Part shown: in pieces, positions 39,411 through 54,734 of the stretch
Numbering within the stretch: the stretch's first letter is position 1
Layout of the letters: each line of letters opens with the position of its first letter
Origin: Ophelia neglecta
Lineage: Eukaryota
Assembly (NCBI GenBank): GCA_965285935.1
Contig: OZ260664.1
Coordinates: forward strand, 70,556,001 to 70,620,000
Direction: 5' to 3'
Length of the DNA: 64,000 nucleotides
Translations under genes and position numbers: made by a program
The notes under the pieces: model-generated
Told to the model about the DNA's origin: nothing
What the model saw: the letters and a program-made list of their open reading frames with translations, nothing else
Database searches by the model: none

Positions 39411-41626
39411 CACCCAGTCCACATAGGACTCACCTAGTTCACCTAGGACTTGCACAATACATACATGACTTACCCACTTCACATTTAAGACTCACCAAGT
39501 TCACATAGGACTCAGCCGGTACATACAGGATACATCTGATACACAGATCTTATGCCAGCACCAGACTAGACACCTTCAATTTACAATCATATATATTAAC
39601 TGTATTTTTTTTAAAACAATCATCACTGAGCAGACAAACTGTTGATGCCGAGCCAGCAGAGTGGAGAATTCTGCCGGAAGAAATATGGAAATAGTTTAAT
39701 AACTTGGGGATGGCAAAAAAATCATCAGGAAAAGAAAAACATGGAGAGAAAAAACTTTGGGAGACTAGAGCTCAGATATCAAACTGATAACTCTAATTTT
39801 TTGAGTTCCACCTATGGTAATGTGATGGGTGAGCGTCTTAGCCTTGACCATACGCCCTACTAGCAGGGGTTCCCCCCCCCCCTCCCCCTATACACAAAGG
39901 AGACTACCCATTGAACCCAGGGTGGCCAGCCTTGATAATAAGTGCACACAGCCTTGACCAGCTGTCAGAGGTATCCCACTGCCCCTGAGAGCAGACTGCT
40001 CACAGACACTCCTGTCTGTCTACTACCACCATCAGTGGGGCTGGCCTCTTCACTGTTTTCACTTAGCTGATTAAGAGGCCATGATAAGTGGCTGGTCCAG
40101 GCCGCTCAATATAGTAGAGTTTGTATTTTGCAATTAAGCAGTGATGTAACGATAATTTAAGCAAGCTGCCAAACACTAATGGGGCAGTTTGGTATAGCAA
40201 AAACATTGAGAAAATAAGTAAAGTTTTGAATCCAATCCATTGCATGACAAGTAGGCATATATACTATTCATCTTTACAGACAGGATTAAAAAGGAACTAG
40301 AGATTGTTGTCAAACCTTCTCTTTTTTTGGTTAGCAAGATGCGCTAACAGCCTTTGAAGCTTGTTCATTCTGCAACAAGCGGGTGTCATAATTATTGACC
40401 AATCGAATACAAGTTTACATGTATAGACAGGAAAACGATGATGGAGTCAAATCTATACTGCCATTTAGTCCTGTACAAGAGGAAAAGTAGGAACCATGTA
40501 CAGGTAAATGGCTGGTACAACTAGGTATGGTGGAGGAGGCCTCCAATCTTAATCTTATTTTTAACCCCTTGAAATGGACACTTTTCTTCCTCTGCAACCC
40601 ATACAGGAGGGTCCACTACAAGGTACAAGGGGCTTAAGGTTTGAACTGTGATGCTTGTATAATTTGCAGCTGACAGACCACATCAGGGAAGGTGGGCAGC
40701 ACCACCAAGAATGATTTCTACCAGCACCACAGCTACTGGTAGGTCTGCCCTTCAAGGATAAGGTACCCCCATTGACTGTTGACTTTCACTCATATATCAC
40801 ATACATTATACAGTGTTAAGGGTGGGAAACAAACCCGAGTGCTCACCTCTACACCAGTGTGATTATCCATGTGAACTGTATCCATATCAATGTAAAGCAT
40901 GTTGTTCGGTTAAGGTGACTGCCACCACACCATCACCCCAACTGGCCAGTCCACATAGTCTGGAGGTGGCCAGGGGAGAGGTGGCCAGGGGAGAGGTGGC
41001 CAGGGGAGAGGTGGCAGGCCAGTGTGAGCACTACTACAGTCAGTAGCTGGCTAGTAAACAAACACAGCCCACTCTACACGGGGAACACACCCAGCCCAGC
41101 CTCTCATTCTGTTATTCTATCCTGTTCTGCTATCCTCTGCTGTGTACTTGGCTTTCTCTGTAGGAATGTAATCATACCTCCCTATGATGCAGGGTTCTAG
41201 CCTGGGGGTTGAGAAGCACTGGCAAGTCAAAACATAGCCAACCACCGGGCCCCAGTCCTGCAGGTGCCATCCTCATACCAGACATAACATTGCCAAAGGC
41301 TGCAAATCTCAGATTGTGGCTTTCATCAAGTTAGATATATAATTTATCACGAAGAAACACAAACAGCTTGAATTGTTGAATAGCAACTAAATTGTAAACA
41401 CTTTATTGCCATGTCACCATCTTGTTTAATGTTATTTTCTGTGTTTTCCACTAACATGATAAAGGATGACACCTCATTAAAATAGCAGACTCCCAGAGGT
41501 GTTGATTGTCTTAACAATAAACATTCCTGGTCATTTGTCTAAAAACACAATTATCACTGATAGGAAAGAAGTCAGTAGAGCCTACCTGGAGCTTGCTGGT
41601 GTAAGCTTTGTCAGCATAGCAGCAGA

Positions 41627-42590
41627 AAATGTGACTGGTACCACTCCGAGGTAATGTGACTGGTACCACTCCCAGGTCAATGTGACTGGTACCACTCCGA
41701 GGTAATGTGACTGGTACCACTCCGAGGTAATGTGACTGGTACCACTCCCAGGTAATGTGACTGGTACCACTCCCAGGTCAATGTGACTGGTACCACTCCG
41801 AGGTAATGTGACTGGTACCACTCCGAGGTAATGTGACTGGTACCACTCCCAGGTAATGTGACTGGACGCACTCCCAGGCAATGTGACTGGTACCACTCCC
41901 AGGTAATGTGACTGGTACCGCTCACAGGCAATGTGACTGGTACCGCTCACAGGCAATGTGACTGGTAGCACCCTGAGGAAATGTGACTGGTACCACTCCC
42001 AGGTAATGTGACTGGAAGCACTCCCAGGCAATGTGACTGGTACCACTCCCAGGTAATGTGACTGGTAGCACTCCCAGGTAATGTGACTGGTACCGCTCAC
42101 AGGCAATGTGACTGGTAGCACTCTGAGGTAGCACTCACTGGTCAATGTGACTGGTACCACTCACCAGTCAATGCGACTGGTACCACTCACCAGTCAATGT
42201 GACTGGTAGCACTCCCAGGCAATGGGACTGGTAGCACTCCCAGGCAATGTCACTGGTAGCACTCACCGGTCAATGTGACTAATACCACTCACCGGTCAAT
42301 GTGACTGGTACCACTCACCGGTCAATGTGACTGGTAGCACTCCCAGGTAATGTGACTGGTACCGCTCACAGGCAATGTGACTGGTACCACTCTCCGGGCA
42401 ATGTGACTGGTACCACTCACCGGGCAATGTGACTGCTACCACTCACCGGGCAATGTGACTGGTAGCACTCCCAGGCAATGTCACTGGTACCACTCACCGG
42501 GCAATGTGACTGCTACCACTCACCGGGCAATGTGACTGATACCACTCACAGGCAATGTGACTGGTACCATTCACTGGGCAATGTGACTGC
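41627..42590. repeat. 25/26-bp minisatellite, about 38 copies
   Basis: Unit aatgtgactggtaccactcccaggt and variants. Confidence 0.96.
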
Positions 42591-43752
42591 ACTCTTGGGC
42601 AGCTCAAATGTTCCTGCCAAATATGTATACAGGTACTTTTCCATTCTGATGAGGGCGCAACAATAAATGCCACCTCTTCTGTTCTGAAGAAGACCCCATT
42701 AAGGCCAATTGAAACACCCTTCATATATTAAGAAGGCACCACATAGGCCAACACATGGCACCTTTTATGTCTTCAGAAGGCACCAGACAAGCTTACACAA
42801 GGCCATTTGCCCTGTACCTAACTGAAAGGTGACTGCAGACGAGGTGCCCCTGATGGCCCCCAGAAGTAAGCCAGACTCATTGACTCAGCTCAAGTGGCTA
42901 GCACTTGAAACCCCTAACCCAGTAAAAAGCTAGCACTCTCTAACAAGGTCTTACAGATCAATGGGCATGCTTAAAACACCGGTAAAACCTACACACAACT
43001 ATATCTCAGGCAGATTAAAAAGGCCCCAGTGCTGTAAGTGTATACATACAAGATAATTAAATGAGGCTGTTATTACCATATCTATTTATCATCTGAGATA
43101 TTCAATAGTAAAGTAGAGATGAATGTGGCCTTGGCTGTGAAGTGATTTACTGGCACACTAGAGCCTACTGGCATACTTGAGCCTCCAGGCTCTCAAGAGT
43201 ATTTTACTTTATAGAGATAAAGGTTATCAGAAACACCTGCCTCTCCCAAATAATTAACGTTGCAAAGGATGTTGTCTACAATGGTTGCAGCAATACACAG
43301 AATATCATGTTGTCTGAGACCTGGAGTCAAAGTAACACTCAAGTTAAAATGGCTGGTAATACCTAGAACCTGCCGACTATGTTACAACTTAACTGCCTAT
43401 TTACAGCTCTCCATTTTTATGGAATGGCTACCTAAAACCTTGTTCATAAAAACTCAAGTTTTGTTTGCTAGGACAATTATTGATAGAAAACAGTTCAAAG
43501 TTTCATTACACGTCATTGTATATTGAATGTGACTAACTAGAAATTCTAATTAGTTTTTTTAAATTTAGAAAAGTTGCTGGTCAAAACAGCATACACACAA
43601 ATTTCTATTATTATCATCTTGCCACTATCATCTAATATCAAAGGTGAAATTCATGCCTAAAGTCTTTCCAATTCTATTATAAAGAAATACACTAGTGAGA
43701 AGTTATAAGTAATATAACCATGGGGCTATGAGAAGTAGTATTATACACTCAC

Positions 43753-43796
43753 CTATCTGGTTTATTTGCCACTTGTGATGGCTTGCTCACTGGCTT
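43753..43796 (-). CDS. AFF4: AFF small coding exon, 44 nt, phase 0 in / phase 2 out
   Basis: Acceptor aatttcattttcag|AAG; donor AG|gtgagt. Encodes KPVSKPSQVANKPD(S) and bridges the 45-kb exon to the 11.2-kb exon in frame. Confidence 0.75.
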
Positions 43797-45082
43797 CTGA
43801 AAATGAAATTAAAAGAATTAAAAACAAGTTTACCTTTACTTTTTATCATAATATAGTAAATCCCAAGGATAACACATAAAAGCATTACTTCGATCGATGC
43901 AGAGGAAAGGTTTCAAGATTCTTACTACATGAGCAGTTTTCAGTGCTAATCTGAATATTTACTTGTCATAGCAATGCCAAAACAAAGCAGAGTGACACTT
44001 TATGCCTCATTTAATTTCATTATTTTAGCAGTAAGACCTTCAAAATAGATTGGGAGCAGATATGAACTCATTGCAATTGTGAAAGCCTGGTCAGCTTTGA
44101 CCTTAACTTATTTTAGGGCATCTTATAGTTTTCTAAATTGGTAAAATCACAAAAAGTCCACCTTCATTAGAGCAGCTACTTTGGGATGTCCTGCTTGTCA
44201 GTTTATTGACTTCTCAGATTGAGATGCCTTGTTTTGAAATTGTCAGGTGTCACAGTTCTGACAGACATGTCTACTCTTCTTTCAAAAGGCGAGGGGCATG
44301 TGCTTCTAAATGCCTTGATTTAAGTGTATTGCAGCCTTAATGTTTTAACAAAAGAACATTGTACTTGAGTAATATCAAACACAGTTTCTAGATAGCTAAT
44401 CTCCCTATCATAACAGTAATGGTTTATTTTTTTTTAAAGAAACATTGCTATGTGGATACAGGACAATGCTGTAAGTTGGTTTAAACATATTTATTTGGAT
44501 TGACCTGTAAGTTGCATGCTCTGAATCCTAAATTATGACGCTGTTTGACAAAACTGCATCCATCAGAAGTCTCATTTGTCATTGACCTATCTCTTGACTT
44601 TTCCCTTGGCATATTAATGTTCCTGCTCCACACTCGCCCACTCTAGACTTATTTGTCTCCATATAAACCGACTTGTCAGGCGAACCATCAAAAATAACTT
44701 GGATAAAAAAAATGAGGTCCCCCACTTGCTTTGTTAAAGCTAAGCAAACCAGAAGGGCTCATCAGCTTACTGGCAAATAGAAACCAAATGAAACAGGCAG
44801 CAGCACACCCACAACAGGAGAACAAAATCAGCCAGATAATGTTATTGATAGCCAAGGGCAATGTCTTCTTTGGCTCTTTCTTATTATACAAAGAAACAAG
44901 CCCAAGTTATCACATTTTTTCTGGATAAAGTAACATATTTTTTTGAAACCTGTACTTCTAATAGTAGGCAGCTTTTAGTAAAAATATTCCTAGGTATGTG
45001 GAGGAGGAAATTGCTTTACACTCTCTCCCCATGACCTGACACCTTTCTGTATTTTAATAATATCCTGCTATTCCAAACTTAC

Positions 45083-45140
45083 CCTTTCATCTTCACTGTC
45101 ACTACTGCTCACATCCAAGTCTTTAGCTAACATACAGCTC
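45083..45140 (-). CDS. AFF4: AFF coding exon carrying the DLxLS-like motif, 58 nt, phase 2 in / phase 0 out
   Basis: Acceptor ttttacttttcag|G; donor AGG|gtaagt. Encodes SCMLAKDLDVSSSDSEDER, matching vertebrate AFF MLEDDLKLSSSEDSD. Confidence 0.85.
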
Positions 45141-48100
45141 CTGAAAAGTAAAAACTTGTGTTAATCGTGTGCTAGTGTTATATGGGAATTCATTTCCCAC
45201 TATATACAAGCGACACTTAATTACAAATATACTGTCCTCCAACATTCTTCCATTTTCCTTTCTGCATAACTTAATTTTGGAAACATTAAAATAGGTTTTT
45301 TTTACTTGTGTTTTAACTCATTCACTGATATTGATGGGTATTTCTTTTTAAAATACTTTCACTTAATGAAGTTTATCAGTTAAGCAGTATAGGAACATTA
45401 GAAGCACTATTTTTTCTAGCTAAGCTGGCCATCCCCCCCCCCCCCAACCCACCCCCCTGCACCCGGCCTTCAGTGCTCATCCTCTAATTATTACACATCC
45501 ATATTTTTTGTTAGATAGAGGCCACCAGAGAAATTGATGCAGGCCAATGTGTTAAGTTCCTGTTTCATTCTGACAGCTGTACTCAATTGGCTGTATTACT
45601 TGAAGTAGCCTCCAGGTTTACTAACATTCAGGCATACCAGTCAGGAAGTGGACCATAGGAGGACGTATTAGAAGAGGGCGACTGGTGTTCATTTCATTTA
45701 GATTATTTTCAGATCAAGTACGTTAATGTTTTCAGTGCATTGACAAGAGTGGTCAATCAGTATAAAAAAATGAACAAAACATCTGTTTAATAAAATAATA
45801 TGCCCCTGCCCCAAAATACTACAACAAATAATTTCATACATCAATAAGTATGGACAGCCAAAAAAGAGAATTCATTGAATTTTAAACTGAACTTCAGGAA
45901 TTTAAAAAGGTGAACCCTTCGAGATTTGGAAACATGTGAAACAAAATTATCTTTTGAATCTGTCAAACTTTAATTTATAAATGGCAAATACATTAATAAA
46001 GCTACATGAACATATACAAATAACACACCAGTCCCTAATCAGGCACTGTGGATTGACTACATCTATGTATTTTTCTAATTAGACTTAAGCAGATCTTGGC
46101 TGGCCACGTCAACTGCTAATTAACATACATATAATCATGTATCACAGGGATTCTGTCTTTATTTTGCCACTTTTTTTTAACCTGACCTCCATCAGTCATG
46201 ACAATAAATGTGTGTTTCTTTGATAAAAGGAAGGAAATGACTATGATGGTTCCTCTGTATTCTGATGTTGACAGTAAACATGGATGTTGATGGGTGATGT
46301 TATTTTCAATCTGGGTACAAGGGCTTGTACATGATGCTTTACACAAAACAAGGAACTAGGCACAACAACCCGAATGACATCTAAAATAACGTAGTATGTG
46401 TATTTAAATCAGTTAATAGTGTAAAGACTAAACATACAGCTTGGTACCACAGCTTGCATATCCTGACAACCCATTTACATTTTTATGAACCACAAATGTC
46501 AAACACAACATGCATTCAAATGAGTTTTGCCTCAATTGCATGGCGTGTTTTGCCTCATTTGCATGGGGCTGTTTTGCCAGCATCCATATTATAAGCACAA
46601 TTTGCAAAAAAAAATGTATCAATTTGACAGTAGCTAAGTTTTATGTTCAAACAAAAAACATACTGTATATGCCATGCCCACTGGCACTTTACAGATTGAG
46701 AGCTGATGACAAAGTATACACTTCTACATGAACCTTAACATACCTATCAAAAAATGATATACATGCAGATTCATAACTAGGTCAAAAAGCATCTGCAAAT
46801 TTCCCTGATGTCATGAGACCAGCATGAGCTGCTTGTCAATGGAAGGTCATTTTAGCGCAGACAAAACCCCCAATAGGCTTCATTATAAAGCAGTCTGCCA
46901 TTTGAAGACCCTGCATGCGACAAAGGTTAGCCTTTATAGGCAGCATGCTAGTTATTGAGAAGGTGGATTTCTAGAAATGAATGTCTGACTTCCTCTAGCT
47001 CAGTACACACATGACAGGGTACATCAAGCCTGCTGATGATTCTCACATTCAGTTATTGTATTATTTCAACCATCTTGTTATTGTTTTATAGCTCAAAGCC
47101 ATTGGGGAAGTCAGCACATGGACTGGGGTCACAAAGGGTCCACAGGGATGGATGGAGAGCTAAAATCTGGAGGAGATAAATGGCAGAGATGCAAATGGCT
47201 GAAGTGACAACATTAGTCCCTATGATGAGATTGCCGGCCAAGCCTTTATACTACTGACCCATCAAGACCAGACAACCCCTCGAGACGGACCAGAACCAGA
47301 CTGACAAAAACCACACTTGGTGCCCATTAAACACAAGGAGATAGCTAATAAACCCTTATCATGTGTACATGTAAATGATAACCATTTGGTTGGCATCAAT
47401 TTTTGTAAAATTGTGGGTCATTGCTTAATTACACAGCCTGTAGAAAGTGTTCTGCTAGTTCCTTTACCATTTACTAAGAACATTCAGCCCCTCGGTACCT
47501 TTTTGTAAATCTAGCTCGTGCCAGATCAAATACTGAAACAGGTCCCTAGTCTCAATACTAGATATAGGCTCTTGCAGGTGAGTTTATACTGGCAATTTGT
47601 GATAAAATGGGCCCAATACTTTGGATGTCGTCAGAAAACACACTACAGTGCCACCAGAAATCTCTCACTTGGTGCTTGTAAAGTGCCACCATTTTTTCCA
47701 GTTTTGCCAAACTTGTTTCTGATGTAATCCTTTTCTGACCCAAACACCTTCCATGCCAATTGCAAATTAAACCACACCAAGACAAGGTACAGCTATCTTA
47801 TCATTTAACAATCAGAAATAATTCATTTTTGCTGTGAATCTAATCCAATATGGTGGCAAAAGTTAGGTAGAAAGCTATTTGGCATATATTAGCCTGGATC
47901 TGGGCCTATTTTGGATCAACTAACTGGGAAAAATGGGTAAAAAAGGACTGGAATTAACATAATAATCCAGTAAAACTACTGGTGCGGCAGCCATGGAGCA
48001 TTTCTTGCATAGGGAATATGAATGAGATGATTTTTCCTAGACTTGTCCAATGGACTACTGTCTCTATTGGTATGTATACTTGGTGCCCATCTTTTCAGTC

Positions 48101-48153
48101 TTTGGCCCACTAGCCAGGTGTTTTTGAGGGCCAATCTCCTGGCTCTTGGAACA

Positions 48154-48313
48154 TAGTGACAAACCATTGACGGTAGAGGGGATTGACACTCTAGTGACAA
48201 ACCATTGAAGGTAGAGGGCATTGACACTCTAGTGACAAACCATTGAAGGTAGAGGGGATTGACACTCTAGTGACAAAACATTGAAGGTAGAGGGCATTGA
48301 CACTCTAGTGACA
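48154..48313. repeat. 38-bp minisatellite, about 4 copies
   Basis: Unit tagtgacaaaccattgaaggtagaggggattgacactc. Confidence 0.9.
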
Positions 48314-51027
48314 TATGAAGTAATTGCCCAAATTTCTCTAAGATTTAACTGAAAATTAGAAAGATAATGCTCTTTTCAGAGAGGTTCTTGCCAACCAGTT
48401 TAATAACTAACTATATGTTAACTGGCTATAAAAACTTAAATAGCCTGTTAAATAAAGGACCTATTGTGAGACTCCGTTTAAAACTGCTTCATTGATAGAT
48501 ACAGGTAAATGAAAATGAAAACAGAACCTTTCCCCCTCCAGGGACTGGGAGGTAATAACATATTTACAATTAATACATCAGTGACCACCTTATTTTCCAT
48601 GAAGCAGTCTACATTCCTTTATTATGACAAACCAATCACTGGCCAAGTTATTCAGCTCATGTAGATAGACTGGCCTGCACTAATTATTGTAGCACTTAAT
48701 GATCTTGAACAAGAAACTGCAATAGTTTAAGGAGAATTCCAGGCCATTATTTTTCTGCCCTTAAAAACACAGGTAAACAATGCACTAAGAAACCTGCCTT
48801 ACGGTGCTGTACTCTACAGTGTACGTGATCAGACTGGGCACTCTGACATTGAACATTGATTAAGCCTCCAAGGGTGCTTAAGAGGTTATTGGTGGTAAAT
48901 ACACACACATTTGTCAACAACAACAAACTGAGATGCAATCATTGTAAGCAGAATTATTAGAACCGGGCACCATGCACCATATCATAAATTCACAGGCTTC
49001 TGTCTGACTGCCATCAGTCACAGGGAAAACCTCAATATAGAAGAGCCAATTTAACAACAATCATTCTCACTACTATCAGAAGATGAAGGCCATCCTGTCC
49101 TCAATCATTTTAAGAAAGAAACGAACAAATTACATATAAACCCTAGTAATATGACCACAGGACAGGGGCCAGGTTACTAAGATCTCTCATTCATGCTGTA
49201 CTCTGTAACATAGGAGCATAAATAAAATACTTTACCATTTTGCACCTGAGCACTTTCTAAAATTAACATTAAATATTTAAAGCAAAAACAATCATTAAAC
49301 AGCCATTGAATTTGGGAGGAAGTTTGAATGTCTATAGGGGTTCCATTTGGCTGGACAGGCTAACGTCAGTCCTAGAATGATCAGTGGCCAAATGATGTTG
49401 AGCAGCAAGTACATAAATAGTATAAAGTGTAAAACCTTGCTGATTCTGTAACAATAATAAAAGCTTATTGATCTTCCTCATGCTGGATGCCAGCCATAGT
49501 AGACTTCATCGGCCTGAACAAGATGGTGATTGAGGAGATAACATGGGTACATTTGTAGACACAAGAAATAGACATATCCAGGTAACAGAGGGTGTGTTAG
49601 ATCTGTTTAACATCTCTGACAGTGCCCTCTATCTAGTCTTAATGGTTACACTTTATCAGCAGAGCATCTGCTCTGTCTTTGAGCTCCACTCCTTGAGTAG
49701 GTGCTCCTCTCCCCGTCTCAGTGCTCCTCTCCTGTCCCCAAGTCAGTGCTCATCTCCCAGAGTCAGTGCTCATCTCCCAGAGTCAGTGCTCCAATCCCTG
49801 AATCAGTGCTCCTCCCCTCTATCCAGTGCTCCGCTCCCTGACTCACTCCCTCCCCGACTCACTCCCTCGTCAACTCGCCACGTCACTCCTGCTTCACACC
49901 CCACTCCACTCCCCATGCCCCCCCCCCAATCCACTCCCCAGACTTAAGATGATCAGATCAAAGGTGACTGGTATGGATGGAGGCTCTGAACCATGTTAGC
50001 TGAGAGTAATTAGTCCATTACACACACCTGGGTCAGTCCTCGAGATGCCCAGGCATGTGACACACATTCCTCAATACATTTGATAAACATCCAGGTGCAC
50101 AGATATCAATGTTCTATAAGGTATAAGACCAGTCCAGGTGAGAGATGCTCCACCCTCCAGCTCACTGTCGAGGGCTGTAAAACACTTAGTGTAACACAAC
50201 ACACTGCAGGCTTGGGGGTGGGGTATAATTTGGATGTCTAAAATACATAAAATAATTTACCCTCTATCTACTGCCTATATCAGGATTTAATTACAAGTTT
50301 AAGATTTAGATTTGGTTAAAAATCCGCTTCAGTTAGGCAAAAGCAACTACTCTGGCACAAGCAAAATGAGCAGAAGGCTTGCCAAACTCCCCCTCACAGC
50401 AGTCCACCCGCTCACATGCCCCCTGGCCAAACTGTGTGCCAGCCCTGGCCAAGTCATATCTTAAGCCACAATCAGGCGGCAGGAAATTCTGTGCCGAAAA
50501 ACAACAACAAAAAAACATTTCGGCTTGTTCTCCAGTACCTAACCTTTAGGGAGGTGGGTATCTTATTTGTTGTTGTCTTGTGTATGGCTTATTCCTATTG
50601 CAATTTCACTGAAAAAAGAAATGATCTGTTGTGTTATAGAATAACACACCATGTGTGTAGGACACATTTTTATGACAGTAAGTAGTATACGTAACATATA
50701 CCAGCTGGGCGGCAAACAAGTCAGCTTACTTGGAAGCACAATTTTATTGGCCTGAACGCAACAGCTTACAACACTGGCACAGTAATTCTGTGTTACCTAG
50801 ACCGCTAACCGAACCACCCAGATTGCTTCCTGAACTGCTTCCAGGACAGTACCCAAACTGAAGAAAAAAGTTATATTCAAGCAATTACTATGTCTATGAA
50901 TCAGCACTCATAACATGTTTTAGGCCCTTTGCATTTTACCAACAATCTCAGCAGCATGTAAATTGCTTAACATGGTGTCACAAACGAGTTCAATGAAAAA
51001 AGGAAAACATTTCTACTCTCTCCTGGG

Positions 51028-52045
51028 CAGAGATAAAGGGATCCTCCCCACTTATGTACAGAGACCAAAGGGATCCTCCCCACTTATGTACAGAGACCAA
51101 AGGGATCCTCCCCTCTTATGTACAGATATCAAAGGGATCCTCCCCTCGTCTGTACAGATATTAAAGGGATCCTCCCCACTTATGTACAGATATCAAAGGG
51201 ATCCTCCCCTCTTCTGTACAGATATCAAAGGGATCCTCCCCTCGTCTGTACAGATATCAAAGGGATCCTCCCCTCGTCTGTACAGATATCAAAGGGATCC
51301 TCCCCTCGTCTGTACAGATATCAAAGGGATCCTCCCCTCTTCTGTACAGATATCAAAGGGATCCTCCCCTCGTCTGTACAGATATCAAAGGGATCCTCCC
51401 CTCTTCTGTACAGAGACCAAAGGGATCCTCCCCTCGTCTGTACAGATATCAAAGGGATCCTCCCCTCGTCTGTACAGATATCAAAGGGATCCTCCCCTCT
51501 TCTGTACAGAGATCCAAGGGATCGTCCTCTCTCCCTTCACAGAGGACAAAGGGATCATCCTACTCCTGTACAGAGATCAAAGGTATTTTTGTACAGAGAT
51601 CAAAGGAACTCCCCTCTCCTGCATAGAGGTCAAAGGGTTGTTGTTGTTGTTTGGGGTTTTACGTGGCTTTCGAAACTGATCGGTCATATCGCCACAGTGC
51701 CTACTTGTGACAGTGGGCTCAATGCCCTCTTTAGAGTGCTGCCTCACTGGAGTACCTGCCGTAGACACCGGACAGGGAACCCCACCCAGTCACATTATAC
51801 TGACACCGGGTTGACCAGTCCTGATACTACCCCCGAAATGCCGGGCGCCTGGCAGGGGAGCTATCAGTACCAATTTTTACGTCTTAGGTTTGACGCGATC
51901 GAGCTTCGAACTCCAATCTCCCACTTGCGAAGCGGACGCCCTAACCACTCGGACTCTGTACCTTCACAGAGGACAAAGGGATCGTCCTACTCCTGTACAG
52001 AGATCAAAGGTATTGTTTGATATTTTTTAGATCAAAGGGATCATC
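51028..52045. repeat. 32-bp minisatellite interrupted by a SINE
   Basis: Unit tacagatatcaaagggatcctcccctcgtctg; degenerate copies resume after 51955. Confidence 0.95.
51638..51954 (-). mobile_element. tRNA-derived SINE, near full-length copy
   Basis: Minus strand begins gtccgagtggttagggcgtccgc (A-box-like) ... ggagttcgaagc (B-box-like); same body and (AAC)n tail as 1398-1670. Interrupts the 32-bp minisatellite. Confidence 0.88.
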
Positions 52046-54734
52046 TTCTTTCCTGAGTCTTAACAAGGAGCTCTATTACATAAAAAGTTCCCAGAGAATA
52101 GCCCTGACATGAGCAGGGCCTCCAGATACACAATCTCTGTATCCAGCAGCCAAGAAGCCACTATAGAGTAATAATTATTGTAATACATGTTAAAAGGAAT
52201 GTGGCCATTTGAGTATCATACGCAGCCATTTTAGCCCTGCTCATACATGTATATATTCACATTATACCTCCTAGCTTTAAGATTTCAAATGTCAAATCGC
52301 TATACCCAGGAGGAAAGAGGATCTACACTACCATGGCCAGGCTATGTGGCAGGTTATTTATAGAGAACAAGACAAGTGAGGAGTGCCTCAAGTGGCTTGT
52401 ATCCCAGTACAGTGATCTTACTAAAAGGAGAAGCAGCCAGGAAGTGTGTGTCACTGCCATTAACCTCAAAAATAGACACATTTACAAAGATATGAATATC
52501 ACATGGCTTGTGCACACTTTCATGTAGCTACAAAAAAAGGAGTCTTTAATATTTCCACTTCAGCTGCCTGTTTGTCACCCTTGTCAGTATCATACTAGCT
52601 TTATATTTGTCAATTCCTTTCTGCTAGGTATCATATAATATGCCTCCATCCCCCCCCCCCCCCCACACACACACACTAAATTCTCAGCACACTTGTGACT
52701 GTTATACTTGAGCTGCCTTTGGGTTAATGTAATAATTCTGCCAACTACTGGTTTTACATGAAGTTTCATTTACACATTTCACAACCAGCCAAATCCCACA
52801 ACTTTGTGTTGGTATTGTTAGCAAATTTTGTTTATTCTTGTAATCTTAAGCTACAGGTGAGGCTAAAGCTGTGATAAATTTACCATACAAATACTACATG
52901 ACACCCTGACAACAACTTAATTACCACTCACTTATCTGGGCCAGAAGGATGGGATGGCACTGTGAAGCCAGGATGGTCGGCGGGTCAGTGGGTCTGGGGG
53001 TCTCAGTGGGTCTGGGGGTCGGGTCTGGGGTTGGTCGGGTCTTTAGGGTCTAGCAGAGATCTTTAAGCAGCTAGGAATATCTCATCAAGACAGGCTAAAA
53101 GGCCTGCAACATCTGATTTATGAATAATTAGCAATTTGGAGTTGTTCTAATGATATAAACTAAATTTTGGGAGAATTGTTCATGTCACTGTGTTGGCCAG
53201 TTCAGCTGCCAATGGGTGCTGTTAACAGTTTCTGCAAACTGTCACCCTCAGTGGTTGATTTGTATCTGATTTTAATTACACTTAAATTGCTACAAATACC
53301 AAATAAAAATATTAGCTAGTCATGTGTTCCATAAGCAAGCTTCAGGTAAAGTAATTCAAGCTAATACAAAAGTCTTAAGAGATTGATTCTGATGTGTTTC
53401 TGTCTACAGTGGACTTTCTGTCAAAGCATTGTTTGGACCAATTACATTCAACTAACCAAGTCCAGTGATGCTTGACATCACAGTCTTCTGGCCTATTGTC
53501 CTGCCATGTAGCTGTATTTATAATTGGTTCCTGTGATGCAATCTGCTTCATTAGCTCCAAGCCAAATTACTGTGCTCAATTTTCTTACTCAAATTTACTT
53601 TCACCATGTGCAGTATGGCTATGCAGTAGAGCTATCCTTGTGCCAGTATTGTGTGAATCATCTCACAAGTCGCAAAATAGCTTGTTTTCGGTTTTTAATC
53701 ATGTGTATGTGATAAATACATCAGAATGTAGCAGGATAAATGGTTAACTTTTACTTGCAAGCGCTGACAAGCGCTCTCTCACAAAGTAAAGATGGGTTTC
53801 TCCCCTAAAGCATACACTTACCCCCCCCCCCTCCCTTCACCCTCCCCCTCCCCTCTCAGCAAGTGTCCAACAGCCAATCCTTTTATTAAGCAACTAATGA
53901 ATGTTAATGAACGAATAAATTAATTAAAGGCACCAATAAAGTGATTCTGTACTAATTTCTACTGCTGACCATTGGCAGGTTTAGAGTAACTTAATTATTA
54001 TCTTGTCTCCACAGTAATCCAGGCCAATGATCAATACACATATCAAAAACTAGGAGCCAAGCTCGCTCAACATCAAAATACACACGACAACTGCTCGACT
54101 CCGGGATAAAAAGCATATGCCATTAAAGGCCATTTCCTTACATCTTAGTGTTAAGGCTAGTGCAGCTCAGGTAGAGAGATGTGGCTCTGTGATGGCTGTG
54201 TCTGCCATAGCAGCCGGCTTCATGTATAATGTTTACATGTCGGATGGCATAGCAGGCCAGCCAATAATTAAAGTCGCAGCATACCGTATTATACACACAC
54301 TCAATACAAGCGCAGTCCATCTCCTCCCATGTCCCAGGAAATATTATATATATATACACAGATATATACATAGACCAATGTAATACCACATTCTATACAT
54401 TAACCCAGCTGATGCCATGTCACTAGGCCTGTGATATAGGGCAATATTCAAATGTATTGAGATAAATGTTTTTTAAAGCATAAATACATGTATGTATGTA
54501 CATAATTGTATGTGTATTTGCATGTATGTTAACTGATGAGATGCAGGTTGTGTAGTTGATGGGTTTTTACTCCTGCTAACTGGTAATGCTGAGTGTGGTG
54601 CTGTTGGCAGACCACAGGTGACAGTTTTTATGTCCTAGTCCCTCCCCCCCCCCCCCCCCCTTACAATACAGCATATTTTTTAATCATTTGTTTTTAGATT
54701 AGATTTACCATGTTATATTATATTTTCCATCTAC

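Noticed and set aside
50963-52020. 238-aa and 300-aa ORFs
   Set aside because: 32-bp minisatellite plus antisense SINE sequence.
52932-53103. Possible exon ending GAT AA|gtgagt
   Set aside because: In-frame TGA in the required phase, weak acceptor, and internal simple repeats.
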